This document shows, in pieces, positions 9,847 to 18,231 of a stretch of 64,000 nt of DNA; positions within the stretch are counted from its first letter, which is position 1, and each line of letters starts with the position of its first letter. Source of the stretch: an uncultured Desulfatitalea sp. (GTDB taxonomy: Bacteria; Desulfobacterota; Desulfobacteria; Desulfobacterales; Desulfosarcinaceae); assembly GCA_963668675.2 (NCBI GenBank), contig CAXXMB010000002.1, forward strand, positions 1,504,001 to 1,568,000. The letters are read 5' to 3'. The translations under genes and the position numbers were made by a program. A model generated the notes under the pieces. The model was not told the origin of the DNA and ran no database searches. It saw only the letters and a program-made list of their open reading frames with translations.

Positions 9847-9976
9847 GGCTAACACTTAGCGTTTTATCCTTCATCCTCTCCGCAAAACAACAAATTTTCG
9901 CACTTCGTATACCCTATGCGAACACGACTTAGGATGTTTCAAAATTAAAGGATGATGGATAAAACGATGTTGAACT
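9847..9976 (-). other. Long attC-like hairpin forming the downstream end of the recombinase/transposase unit
   Basis: Minus strand GTTCAAC-AT-CGTTTTATCCATCATCCT...AGGATGAAGGATAAAACG-CTAAGT-GTTAGCC, a 17/18-bp stem with an inner TTCGCA/TGCGAA hairpin. Confidence 0.7.
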
Positions 9977-10247
9977 TGACCACTGGCTCTGCAGCAGTGA
10001 TTTTAACGATATGGGGATTATATAAAGGGCTTTTGTGAAAGGCAAGATTCAAAATACGTTGGTCACACCGGTATGATTCCAGTTTTCCCACCATTTGAAG
10101 GATTCGACTGCTCATCATCTACTCAAATAATGCCATGACTATTGAACAAATTTAATGTTCGATGCCGTGCGAACATAGGTATGCAGACGATCTCGATTCC
10201 GTTTCGACCGCACCGACTATACCTGTTGTCATTTAAAAACTCACCCC

Positions 10248-11447
10248 TTACTCAGTTGGGTCTCTGGCTCTGTGCGCCGGAACACCGGCAAATTTATTGA
10301 AGCGTTTGAGGTGACCTTTGCCGCAATTGGGACAAAGGGTGATGTCGATACCGGTTACCCGCAACATCATTTCTGCTACGGTTTCCGGACTTGTCTGCTC
10401 AACTGATGCTTCGGGCCCTATTAACTCCCGTATCAGAGCGATACACCTTTTGCGGTTTCGGTGCGCCATAAATCCAAAATACCGGATCTTCACAAAACCA
10501 TTGGGCAGTACATGGAGCAAGAACCGTCGGATGAACTCCACTGCATCCAAGGTCATATACTTAAGTTCGTTATTGCCACTGCGATCTCGATAGGTAAAGC
10601 GCACTTTGCCATCTTCAGCACCGGTTATCCGGTAATTGGATATTGCTACCCGATGGGTATATCGACCAAGATAGTCAAGTATCTGTTGTGGGCCTGCAAA
10701 CGGCCGCTTGGCGTACACGATCCATTTTTTACCCTTGAGCCTGGCTTTGAGTTCGGCAAATCGGTCGGCTCGGGCCAATTGAGCAATTTGGCCCGGGAAC
10801 CGTAGCTTGCCTGCGGCAAACAGCTCTTCCAGCGATTTGAGATAGTGATGTCTCAACGATTTTCCCAGGGCCTTTACATCAAAAAGATACTTTCTTCGCG
10901 ATGCGATCCACTGTTTCTCATCCGATCGAAGGACACCGGCCGGCACCAGACAATGCAGATGACAATGGTCAATAAGTGTCTGTGACCAGGTGTGAAGTAT
11001 CGCCAGATAGCCTAGCTTTCCTTTCAAACGCCATTGGGGGTCTTCGGCAAATCGCTGCAACAGCTTATTGACTTGAGCAAACAACTGGCCCATCAGCAAC
11101 GACTTGTTGGCCCAGATTAGCCCATTGAGCTCGTGAGGCAGGGTAAACACCAAATGGAAGTAGCCGCACGGGAGCAACTCGGCACTACGCGCATTAAGCC
11201 ATTTTTGTTTGGCTGAGCTTTGGCATTTAGGACAGTGCCGGTTACGGCAAGAGTTGTAGGCCGGCACCTGTACCCCGCAAAAGTCACATTGTTGCATGTG
11301 CCCGCCCAATGCCCTGGTGCGACATACCTTGATTAAATTAAAAGATTTGGCTTGTTCGGAACTTAATTTGTATCGGCTTAGATATTGGTCTCCATATAAA
11401 TCAAAGATGTCGGCAACTTCTACTTTGCCGTCGATGCGTGCATTCAA
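10248..11447 (-). CDS. IS91-family rolling-circle (Y2 HUH) transposase with N-terminal Zn-binding domain
   Basis: CRTRALGG..C-x2-C..NSCRNRHCPKCQ, YFHLVFTLP, LHTW..HCHLH (HUH) and YLGRY (Y2). The TTG start overlaps the upstream TGA. Confidence 0.92.
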   Translation of the reverse strand: MNARIDGKVEVADIFDLYGDQYLSRYKLSSEQAKSFNLIKVCRTRALGGHMQQCDFCGVQVPAYNSCRNRHCPKCQSSAKQKWLNARSAELLPCGYFHLVFTLPHELNGLIWANKSLLMGQLFAQVNKLLQRFAEDPQWRLKGKLGYLAILHTWSQTLIDHCHLHCLVPAGVLRSDEKQWIASRRKYLFDVKALGKSLRHHYLKSLEELFAAGKLRFPGQIAQLARADRFAELKARLKGKKWIVYAKRPFAGPQQILDYLGRYTHRVAISNYRITGAEDGKVRFTYRDRSGNNELKYMTLDAVEFIRRFLLHVLPNGFVKIRYFGFMAHRNRKRCIALIRELIGPEASVEQTSPETVAEMMLRVTGIDITLCPNCGKGHLKRFNKFAGVPAHRARDPTE

Positions 11448-12280
11448 TTTATCTGATCCAATGGGCTGGTCACTTCAGACATTCGATCGGGAACCAAATG
11501 AAGATAGATCAATGTGGTTTGGATATTGATATGGCCTAAAAAGCGTTTGATTAAATAGATATCAATGCCCTGTTCCAAAAGATGCGTGGCAAAACAGTGT
11601 CGCAAGGTATGGATGCCTTTGCCGGCGGTTATGCCCGCTGCTTTTTTAGCCCGCTGATAAATTCGTTGAGCACTGCTTACGGACATATGATACTGCTTGT
11701 GATAGCCGTAAAACAGCCACTGATTCGGTCCATATTTTTCCCAATATCGACGCAACTCCTCCAAAGCCCTCTTGGAAAGAAGCGTGTAACGATCTTTGCG
11801 GCCCTTACCTTGTTCAACCCGTACAAGCATGCGATCGGCTTCGATGTGTTCCGGGCGTAGTTTAACCACCTCGCTGACTCTCAGCCCCGATCCGTAGGCA
11901 AGCATCAGCAGTGTGCGATCCCTCTGATTACGACACCCGTCGATTAATGCATTGACCTGTTTCTGGGTGAGGATCTTGGGCAGTTTCGTGCTTCTCGGCC
12001 TTGGAGGGATGCTAAATTTGGTATTTGGCCATTTTAAAAACTTTGAATAAAAGCAGTAAAGCCCGCTAAAGGCCACATTGCAAGAACTCCACTTGAGCTT
12101 GCGATGCTCAAGCAAGTACACCAAATACTGCTGGATCTGTTCGTTTGTTAATTTGTCAGGTGATTGCTTGTAGTATTTTGCAAGATCAACGACTGACCTG
12201 ACATAGGCTTCTCTGGTTTTTTCGGACAACCTGTGAAGAATAAGGTGTTGTTCGAACTTTTCTCTCAATTTGCTTGCCAT
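11444..12280 (-). CDS. Tyrosine recombinase (SAM-like N-terminal domain), not IntI
   Basis: Full catalytic set GLRVSE, GKGRK, HTLRH, LGH and Y. Lacks the IntI-specific insertion between patch II and patch III. ATG at 12280 follows AAGGAGG. Confidence 0.9.
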   Translation of the reverse strand: MASKLREKFEQHLILHRLSEKTREAYVRSVVDLAKYYKQSPDKLTNEQIQQYLVYLLEHRKLKWSSCNVAFSGLYCFYSKFLKWPNTKFSIPPRPRSTKLPKILTQKQVNALIDGCRNQRDRTLLMLAYGSGLRVSEVVKLRPEHIEADRMLVRVEQGKGRKDRYTLLSKRALEELRRYWEKYGPNQWLFYGYHKQYHMSVSSAQRIYQRAKKAAGITAGKGIHTLRHCFATHLLEQGIDIYLIKRFLGHINIQTTLIYLHLVPDRMSEVTSPLDQIN

Positions 12281-12421
12281 AGTTGCCTCCTTTATAAATG
12301 GGTTGGATTTAAAGGCAATTATGGACTTTGGGAACAAAAACCGAAACAAAAAATAATATACAGAAGTATTTATGGTGGGCCTGAAAGCATACGCAAGTAG
12401 TACTTCTCCGCGAAGCGGTTC

Positions 12422-12446
12422 AGTTCAACATTAATATTATGCGGTG
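12422..12446 (-). other. attI-like simple site at the head of the array
   Basis: Minus strand CCGCATAA-TATTAAT-GTTGAACT. The R' box is complementary to AGTTCAAC at 9969-9976 and no attC hairpin precedes it. Confidence 0.45.
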
Positions 12447-12888
12447 TTCTGCTTTTTACTGAGAGTCCATTCATTTTGAGAAAGTGCACTCAACACTGCA
12501 ATCTATCTTTTTATAATTATTGCGTATCAATATATATTTCGCCATATCGACGAATTTAGTACGGACAAAAGTGTACTGATTTTGTTTCTGGATCGCATTC
12601 TGGTTGATTTGATATGTGCACTTCAACATAATATTCTATAAAAATCAATCACATTCACGATTAGACGGGGTGGCTTTCTTAGATACAGTTAACACTTTCT
12701 CGACAAATACCCTTTTTCCTAAATCCCCGCAAGATATCCCCTTCGATCACCCAAAATCCATTTAATCTCCTGACAGCTATACATATTAATTCCTGAGACC
12801 CCATCTATCCCACGTGCATTATTTCCATTTTCACCAAGAACCAATCCAAGCAATCCCATTCAACCCATATCGAAAGGAGTCCACATCC

Positions 12889-13209
12889 ATGATCAATTCG
12901 CTAATCCTAACCGGCAACTTGGGAAACGACCCAGAAATCTTCTTCGGATCAGAAGGCGACCCGGTAACGTCGTTCTCCCTGGCCTTCAAATCTGGCCGCG
13001 ACAAAACAAGCTGGATCAAGTGTGTCTGTTTCAACAAAAACGCTGAAGTTGCTGAGAAATATCTCCACCAGGGCGCCCGTATCGCTGTTGTCGGGTATCT
13101 TCAGCAATCCAAATGGAAAACCAATGAAGGGGAATCACGCAGCACCTTCGAAATGATCGTCAACAGCATCGAATTCATCAAAACAAATGGGAAGGGATTC
13201 GAAGATTAA
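12889..13209 (+). CDS. ssb: Single-stranded DNA-binding protein (short, essentially OB-fold only)
   Basis: MINSLILTGNLGNDPE..TSWIKCVCF..G ARIAVVGYLQQSKW..GESRS; AAGGAG RBS. Confidence 0.9.
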   Translation: MINSLILTGNLGNDPEIFFGSEGDPVTSFSLAFKSGRDKTSWIKCVCFNKNAEVAEKYLHQGARIAVVGYLQQSKWKTNEGESRSTFEMIVNSIEFIKTNGKGFED

Positions 13210-13241
13210 CCGGCACTGACCATTGACCATGAAGGAGGGCG

Positions 13242-13379
13242 ATGAAAAAGCGAACCGTAGAATTGATCATCGCAATAGGCCTGGAGCTACTGGACTGGCT
13301 ATCCATCATACTATCAGAAAAACGGAGGAGTAAAACCAATGACAGCGAAAGAGCTTCAAAAGAGAAACGGCAAAGCTGA
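13242..13379 (+). CDS. Small hypothetical protein (45 aa)
   Basis: AAGGAGGG RBS before ATG; sequence begins MKKRTVELIIAIGLELLDWLSIIL; overlaps the next gene's start. Confidence 0.35.
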   Translation: MKKRTVELIIAIGLELLDWLSIILSEKRRSKTNDSERASKEKRQS

Positions 13380-14319
13380 GCAGTTGAAAGTCCTTCAAAG
13401 CGAGGACGGACAATTCTTTGTGGAAAGCGGAGAGGGCAAGATCCTTTACAACGTGGTTTTAAATGACAGCGGAGACTCATGCACCTGTGGGGATTGGGCC
13501 AAGAACAGCAAACGAGATCCCAGCTTTCACTGCAAACACATCCTGGCCGTATATAACGCCATCCCCAAAAAGCAGGTCGAAAGCGCCACTTTCCTGGAAA
13601 AACCAATGCCCCGGTTGGATGAACGCTGGATCACCAAGATCGAGGGAAGGGAGTTCGTTAAATATCCAGGCCTGCTGGATCTGGCGCATCAAAAGGGCAT
13701 CTCAAGCATCGAAGTGGAGATCGTCCAGATGCCCACCAAGGATAATGGGAACTTTGCCGTGTGCCGGGCGACCGTCATGAGCAAGGTGGGAGAGACCTAT
13801 TCTGACATCGGAGACGCCAATCCGGCCAACTGTTCGAGCAAGGTGGCCAAACACTTACTCAGGATGGCCAGCACCCGTGCCATTGCCAGAGCGCTTCGAT
13901 CCTACACAAACGTGGGTATGACGGCACTGGAGGAATTATCGGATTTCAATGAAGCCACGACAGAAGGAGGAACCTATGAGCATCCTGCAAAACCTAAAAC
14001 CACGAAGAAAGCAGCACCGAAAACCCAGAAAAAGGCAGTGGCTACTGCTGCAAAGCAAAAAGCAGAGCCAGAACCGGTGGCACCTGCCGTGGAAAAACAG
14101 GCCCAAAAAGAGTCGTCTGGCAAGGATGATCCAAAGGATAGTTCCCGCCCTGGGATGAGCGAGGCTCAACGCCGTGCCATATTCAACCTGTCCAGGCGGC
14201 GGGGTATCAGCGTGGATGAGATCAAGTCCATGGCTGAGCAATCCTACGGTGTGGAGTTCGACAACCTAACGGCAACCGATGCATCGGCATTCATCCGACA
14301 ACTGCAGACAGCGGCGTAA
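13339..14319 (+). CDS. SWIM Zn-finger protein with a Rad52/Sak-like single-strand annealing domain
   Basis: SWIM CTC-x14-CKH; central AVCRATV..YSDIGDA..RMASTRAIARALR segment; low-complexity linker; C-terminal MSEAQ..LTATDAS..I..L helical domain. Confidence 0.6.
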   Translation: MTAKELQKRNGKAEQLKVLQSEDGQFFVESGEGKILYNVVLNDSGDSCTCGDWAKNSKRDPSFHCKHILAVYNAIPKKQVESATFLEKPMPRLDERWITKIEGREFVKYPGLLDLAHQKGISSIEVEIVQMPTKDNGNFAVCRATVMSKVGETYSDIGDANPANCSSKVAKHLLRMASTRAIARALRSYTNVGMTALEELSDFNEATTEGGTYEHPAKPKTTKKAAPKTQKKAVATAAKQKAEPEPVAPAVEKQAQKESSGKDDPKDSSRPGMSEAQRRAIFNLSRRRGISVDEIKSMAEQSYGVEFDNLTATDASAFIRQLQTAA

Positions 14320-14326
14320 CCTAATG

Positions 14327-14406
14327 AAAGCATATCGTTAACGTATGCTTTATCGAAGGCGGTAGGCGGAACCTAACTGTGACTGTCTGGGAACCTACCG
14401 CCTTCG
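14327..14406. repeat. Two adjacent intergenic inverted repeats
   Basis: AAAGCATA/TATGCTTT (14327-14351) and a perfect 13-bp CGAAGGCGGTAGG/CCTACCGCCTTCG pair (14354-14406). Confidence 0.7.
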
Positions 14407-14464
14407 TGTATAAAAATCCGCCGTATGCAGCGCTTTTAGAATCAACCTAACAAGGAGACTGAAA

Positions 14465-15292
14465 ATGGTTTTAAGTGAGCTTAGGCAAACGCCCCACCTA
14501 TCGGCATCGAGCATCAATGAGTATGTCGAGTGCTCATTGCTGTATAGGTTCGGCAGGATCGACAAACTGCCTATGGAATTCAAGTCGGATGCCCTGGAGT
14601 TTGGCACCTGCATCCATCGGGTGCTTGAAGAGTATTACAGCGCCAAAATGATCGGCGATCGGATGCTGTTAAAGGATGTCCATGAGTTCTTCGTATTCAA
14701 ATGGTTGGAGATCGCCAAAGGTCGCACCGATATCAGGTACGCAGATGGCAAGGATTACAACTCCTACCTAATGTACGGAAGAGACCTTCTCACAGCCTGG
14801 TACAATAAACTTCCCGATGACGATTTTACCATCCTGGCCATCGAGGAGGCATTCAGCTTCACCCTGCCTGGTATCCCGATAAACATAATTGGAGCAATGG
14901 ACCTTGTTGAAGAGGACAGCGCCGGTACCATCATCATTACCGATTTCAAGACATCTGGCCGGGCCTATTCGAAAGACGAGGTGGACAGCAATCAACAGCT
15001 GACCATGTATCAGATCGCCGCCAAGCGAAACGGTTATGGTAATCGTGAGATCCTGCTGCGCTTCGATACCCTCATCAAAACAAAGACCCCGAAGTTCGAA
15101 CAATACTGGACCACCCGTACCGAGCTTGATGAAAGACGCCTGATCAAAAAGGCCAGGCAAGTGTGGGATGGGATCTCAAAGGAAGTCTTTGTGCCCAATG
15201 ATACCAGCTGGAAGTGCAAAGGGTGCGCATACAAACAGGCCTGTGACGCCTATCTGGAAGGAGAAGAGTATGACCAAGCGAGCAATCAATAA
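14465..15292 (+). CDS. PD-(D/E)XK nuclease of RecB/AddB/Cas4-like type with probable Fe-S cysteines
   Basis: HLSASS..EC, FGTCIH, GAMDLV..ITDFKT, QLTMY, and C-terminal CKGCAYKQAC. Confidence 0.85.
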   Translation: MVLSELRQTPHLSASSINEYVECSLLYRFGRIDKLPMEFKSDALEFGTCIHRVLEEYYSAKMIGDRMLLKDVHEFFVFKWLEIAKGRTDIRYADGKDYNSYLMYGRDLLTAWYNKLPDDDFTILAIEEAFSFTLPGIPINIIGAMDLVEEDSAGTIIITDFKTSGRAYSKDEVDSNQQLTMYQIAAKRNGYGNREILLRFDTLIKTKTPKFEQYWTTRTELDERRLIKKARQVWDGISKEVFVPNDTSWKCKGCAYKQACDAYLEGEEYDQASNQ

Positions 15293-15554
15293 TGTTCAGG
15301 AGTTTTTAACCTTCATGCAGTCGGATGGTGATCGAATCTATCAAATCGTCAATGTGGAATTGTTGCTCAGGAGACATCCACCCGATGCGGTCATCAGCTT
15401 TTTACAGGAGCTCCACAAAGATTACGGAAAGGCCCTGTCCAAGATTATCAGAGAGGACAAGACCAGTTCCCAGATCAATGAGCTGGTTGCCAAACGGTTC
15501 AGGATCAAGATGGCGATCAACACCATCCGTAACCTTGAAAAGGAGGCAGCATGA
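15270..15554 (+). CDS. Small hypothetical helical protein
   Basis: AAGGAG RBS; overlaps both neighbours, with ATGA coupling to uvrD. Confidence 0.65.
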   Translation: MTKRAINNVQEFLTFMQSDGDRIYQIVNVELLLRRHPPDAVISFLQELHKDYGKALSKIIREDKTSSQINELVAKRFRIKMAINTIRNLEKEAA

Positions 15555-17428
15555 GTGAATTGAATACAAAACAACGGGAGGCCGCGCAGTTTAAAGATGG
15601 CATTGCCGCTGTGATTGCCATTCCGGGATCAGGGAAAACGAAAACTATGCTGGAGCGTATAAAATTTCTCGTATCTGAATACGGTATTCCTCCTGAAAAT
15701 ATCCTCGGACTAACGTTCACCAAGAACGCAGCTGAAGAAATGCGATCACGCCTGGTGCCGGTATTGGGGGATCTGTCATCAAGAGTCCGGTTGTCTACGA
15801 TCCATTCATTCTGCCTGCACCTGCTCAAAGTCGAGGGACGCGTGTTTGAGATCCTATCCGGCAAAGAGCAGCTGGTGTTCATAAAAAATGTCATGAAACG
15901 CTTACGGGTAAAGGATCTGACTGTGGGAACCGTCCTGCGAGAAATCTCCCTATCCAAGAATAACATCATCGATCCGGTGGAGTTTAAAGAGCTCTTTTAC
16001 GGCGATAAAACCATGATGCAGATCGGCGACATCTATCAGGCGTATGACAAAGCGAAAGAGGAAAAGCTGCTGCTGGATTTTGATGACTTGCTGCTGGAAG
16101 CATACTACCTGCTCCGGGACAATGATGAGGTTCGGGAACAATACCAGGGAAGCTTTCAATCCATACTCGTAGACGAATTTCAAGACACCAACCCGGTGCA
16201 GTTCGAGTTGCTGCGGCTGTTGATTCGACAAGACGGCGATTCTGATGCTTCGAGTTTCTGGGTGGCCGGCGATGATCATCAAGCCATTTACAGCTTTACG
16301 GGCGCATCGGTGGGCAATATCCTCAACTTTCAGTCCATGTTTCCCGGCTCGTGTCAGTTTATCCTCGACCTGAACTATCGTAGTACACCTCAGATCCTCG
16401 CTGCCTGCCAGAACCTGATCCAGCACAACGTCAAGCAGATTCATAAGGAGCTCAAAACGAACAATGCTGACGGAGATGACGTTGTTGTGCTCGAAGCTTC
16501 CAATGAAGAAACTGAAGCGATGGGCGTGGTCAATGAAATCGTGGATCTGGTCGAACGCCGTGGCTATCAATACAGTGACATTGCCGTGCTGTATCGGGCA
16601 AACTTTCAATCCCGGTATGTTGAAGAGGCCTTTTTGCAAAACAAGATCCCATATCACATTCAAAGCGGGCGGACATTCTATGATCGATTCGAGGTCAAGT
16701 GCCTGCTGGATTATATGCGGGTGATCAACGCTCCCGAGGCAGATGAAGCAGATGAGGCGCTCTTGAATATCCTTAATGTGCCGGTCAGGTATGTCAGCAA
16801 CAAGGTGAAAGATCAGCTAAGGGATTATTGCAGGCAGCGCGGCATTCATCTCTATGAGGGATTGAAGTCGATGGTCATCACGGTGCCGTTCGTCCGAAAA
16901 AACATCAAGGCGTTCACTTCGTTTATGGACTCATTGATGGAAGGCGTTGAATCCCTTGAGCCAGCCGAGGTCATTCAAAAGATCCGAACCAGTCTGGACT
17001 ATGATCGCTTTATTGTGGATGAGGATATTCCAAGTCCCGATGATGTGAAGATCTCAAACATTAATCAGCTTCAATTGGCGGCCGCCCGGTATTCAGGAAT
17101 TGGTGCCTTTCTGGACTATACGGACAGCTTCCAGGATGAAGCCATTGCCGATGATAAAAAGGGTGTGTCCTTAATGACCGTGCATAAAGCCAAGGGATTG
17201 GAGTTTCCCGTGGTGTTTGTAATCGGTCTGGTCGAAGGATTGATGCCAAGCGGTAAAGGCAATCTGGAAGAAGAGCGCCGGATTTGCTTTGTGGCCATAT
17301 CACGGGCCATGCGAATGCTGTTTGTATCCTTTCCGTTGAACTATCTGGGCCAGCCTGCCAAAAAATCCCAGTTCTTGGATGAAATGCTCGGCAACCATCA
17401 AAGCGCCAACCAACAATCCGCCGCTTAA
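15551..17428 (+). CDS. UvrD/PcrA-family SF1 helicase
   Basis: PGSGKT, LTFT, VDEFQDTN, GDDHQAIYSF, NYRS, TVHKAKGLEF and EEERRI..VAISRA motifs. Confidence 0.93.
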   Translation: MSELNTKQREAAQFKDGIAAVIAIPGSGKTKTMLERIKFLVSEYGIPPENILGLTFTKNAAEEMRSRLVPVLGDLSSRVRLSTIHSFCLHLLKVEGRVFEILSGKEQLVFIKNVMKRLRVKDLTVGTVLREISLSKNNIIDPVEFKELFYGDKTMMQIGDIYQAYDKAKEEKLLLDFDDLLLEAYYLLRDNDEVREQYQGSFQSILVDEFQDTNPVQFELLRLLIRQDGDSDASSFWVAGDDHQAIYSFTGASVGNILNFQSMFPGSCQFILDLNYRSTPQILAACQNLIQHNVKQIHKELKTNNADGDDVVVLEASNEETEAMGVVNEIVDLVERRGYQYSDIAVLYRANFQSRYVEEAFLQNKIPYHIQSGRTFYDRFEVKCLLDYMRVINAPEADEADEALLNILNVPVRYVSNKVKDQLRDYCRQRGIHLYEGLKSMVITVPFVRKNIKAFTSFMDSLMEGVESLEPAEVIQKIRTSLDYDRFIVDEDIPSPDDVKISNINQLQLAAARYSGIGAFLDYTDSFQDEAIADDKKGVSLMTVHKAKGLEFPVVFVIGLVEGLMPSGKGNLEEERRICFVAISRAMRMLFVSFPLNYLGQPAKKSQFLDEMLGNHQSANQQSAA

Positions 17429-17507
17429 ATCCCAGCAGAACCGCCTCAGCACTCGTTCTCAATTCAATCCATATCCCAATCCCAATAAACCGAAAAGGAG
17501 GTCCCAC

Positions 17508-17984
17508 GTGGAGTTTCAGCTGATTCATTTCAGAGATGCAGACAAGATCATCGAGGAAAAAGCCATGGTCTCAGATGTAGCCATGACCATGGAATATGTA
17601 TTTAACACCTTAGAAGGCTCATTGTATCGAGGAGAGCTGCTTCGGCTCGCGCTTGATGAGATGGGATGGCGGGAAAATGGCGCGCTGAATGTGTTGCCTG
17701 GTCGCCGCTATCAATACAAAGGATTTAAACGGGGAGTCGCCATCGATGGGAGTTTTGCCGCTTACGAGTATATCATCGAAGGCCTTATGCGTCTTCAGAT
17801 CGGATTCGACAAGGGAAATGTTGAAACCGGTATCTTGATGCTGACGGCCAAACGCAGCGAGAACAGTCCCTATAGCGATATCGTGAGTATGGTGACAGAG
17901 GACGTTGAATCACTCTATCCGACCATATCCATGCCGGTATCGATCTGCCTGTTTGACCTGGGAGAACCGTATTTGCCCGAATAG
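17508..17984 (+). CDS. Hypothetical protein with possible BglII/BstYI-like restriction-endonuclease fold
   Basis: GFKRGVAIDGSFAAYEYIIEGLMRLQIGFDKGNVETGILM resembles the BglII-family core by eye. GTG start follows AAGGAGG. Confidence 0.45.
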   Translation: MEFQLIHFRDADKIIEEKAMVSDVAMTMEYVFNTLEGSLYRGELLRLALDEMGWRENGALNVLPGRRYQYKGFKRGVAIDGSFAAYEYIIEGLMRLQIGFDKGNVETGILMLTAKRSENSPYSDIVSMVTEDVESLYPTISMPVSICLFDLGEPYLPE

Positions 17985-17998
17985 CTGGAGGTGATGAC

Positions 17999-18157
17999 AT
18001 GGCCTATCCATTCGAACCGAGGAGCAACCGCAGGAGATTGACCGGTAAGCGTAAGACTGAAGATGCTCTTGGTAAGGATAAGAGGAAAGAACGTCATACC
18101 CGCATTGAGCGAAAAGCCTGCCGAAAGAGATCCATACCTGAAACAACAACCAAGTGA
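17999..18157 (+). CDS. Small basic hypothetical protein (52 aa)
   Basis: GGAGGTG RBS; R/K-rich, begins MAYPFEPRSNRRRLTGKRK; fills the operon gap. Confidence 0.4.
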   Translation: MAYPFEPRSNRRRLTGKRKTEDALGKDKRKERHTRIERKACRKRSIPETTTK

Positions 18158-18231
18158 GTCCTCTTATCGTTATCCCGTCTGTGTGAACAATCACCATCAA
18201 CTTTACTTCGATTTCAAAAAAGGAGACCTAT

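Larger units (their letters stand above)
7753..12429 (-). mobile_element. Integron-like gene cassette array with no intI in the window (CALIN-like), headed by a recombinase/Y2-transposase unit
   Basis: Four consecutive units, each starting with GTTRRRY-like R' and ending with the exact complementary RYYYAAC-like R'': GTTGAAC/GTTCAAC, GTTAGCC/GGCTAAC, GTTAAGT/ACTTAAC and GTTAACG/CGTTAAC. All genes are on the minus strand. Confidence 0.8.

Noticed and set aside
9909..10182. Imperfect inverted repeat between 9909-9926 and 10166-10182 as an IS91 oriIS element
   Set aside because: The match is short and gapped, and cannot be told from chance without homologous element ends.
11444..12280. Calling the recombinase an integron integrase (intI)
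   Set aside because: It lacks the IntI-specific insertion after the GKG.KDR patch, is co-oriented with and inside the array, and is coupled to a Y2 transposase.
12621..12650. dif (XerCD) site
   Set aside because: TTATGTTGAA resembles a XerD arm, but the XerC arm and 6-bp spacer do not fit.
14465..15292. CRISPR-associated Cas4 / CRISPR locus
   Set aside because: No cas1/cas2 and no repeat-spacer array were seen in the window; the context is a recombination operon.
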